Part shown: positions 63,362 through 64,000 of the stretch, piece by piece
Position numbering within the stretch: the stretch's first letter is position 1
Layout of the letters: every line of letters starts with the position of its first letter
Position numbers and translations under genes: made by a program
DNA from: Haliotis cracherodii
Taxonomy: Eukaryota
NCBI RefSeq assembly: GCF_022045235.1
Contig: NW_027266265.1
Location: 14,074,001 to 14,138,000, forward strand
Length of the DNA stretch: 64,000 nt
Reading direction: 5' to 3'
The notes under the pieces: generated by a model
The model's database searches: none
The model's input: only the letters and a program-made list of their open reading frames with translations
What the model was told of the DNA's origin: nothing

Positions 63362-64000
63362 TGGGAACTTCTCTAAACCTATTCTACAGAATCGAGCAGC
63401 ATATTTAGTGCGGATCATCTTATGTCAGACAGCACGTTAACTCGAGATGAATGTCACGTCTATTACAACCTGGAGCGTTAGGTGAAAAGTTAACGCACTA
63501 GAAGAGCTTCCTGTCAACTATTATACCAGAAACTCAACAGTGAATATTTGATGACAAATGTTGACTGTGAACAACTTACTGACATATATGTGAACGCTAT
63601 GGATTTGTTTTGAATCAATACTGGCTGTTGTGTGTAATATAACACAAACAATATGAGAAAAAGACACGGACATAATATTTTTATGACGAATCACAGGCTT
63701 GCTCTGGTATTCAGTGGAGAGTGCACCCAAACAAAAGGGACACAACTCCGCATTGACTAATTTCAGTCCAGTGTAACCCTGCAGCCATGATGGAATTTGT
63801 GGATGATAGCGATTCTTTTTCCAAGTGACGAAGTGAGTGAGTGAGTATGGTTTTACGCAGCTTTTAGCAATATTCCAGCAATATCACGGCGGGGGACACC
63901 AGAAATGAGCTTCACACATTGTACCCATGTCGGGAATCGAACCCGGGTCTTCGGCGTGACGAGCGAACGCTTTAACCACCAGGCTACCCCACAGTCCCAT
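63362..64000 (+). other. Upstream region of a presumed ninth copy (array continues past the window), including a family A SINE at ~63828-63998 (-)
   Basis: Co-linear with the regions upstream of copies 5 and 8. Confidence 0.8.

Noticed and set aside
31894-63418. Many MSDRLGTHLCQTDWGHTYVRQTGDTL-type ORFs
   Set aside because: These are translations of the 26-bp satellite (3 units = 26 codons), with frequent stops and frameshifts.

Overview
Eukaryotic (metazoan) genomic DNA. The SINE and MITE families look molluscan, probably abalone-like; that is recollection, not a database match. 1-~9.7 kb: the last three coding exons and a probable long 3'UTR of a PRELID3/SLMO (slowmo) gene on +, with many SINEs and MITEs. 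11.8 kb: an intact tRNA-Thr(CGT) on -. 15-64 kb: a tandem array of one unrecognised 4-exon gene that the ORF track shows only in fragments. There is one inverted copy, seven direct copies and the upstream region of a ninth, with a unit length of 4.5-7.8 kb. Splicing by hand gives a 271-aa protein: N-terminal LSPILE (a PP2A-B56 LxxIxE-type motif), a coiled coil, and a basic disordered tail with SILK plus LSVRF (PP1-docking-type motifs). Each copy has a compact double-CRE/Inr promoter. Direct copies 3 onward sit behind a 26-bp satellite whose size ranges from about 2 to about 150 units. The array shows mosaic recombination, gene conversion, copy-specific SINE insertions and one truncated copy. 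Best candidate for a new system: an amplified, probably germline, dual PP2A-B56/PP1 scaffold gene family. The motif and germline roles are inferred and untested.
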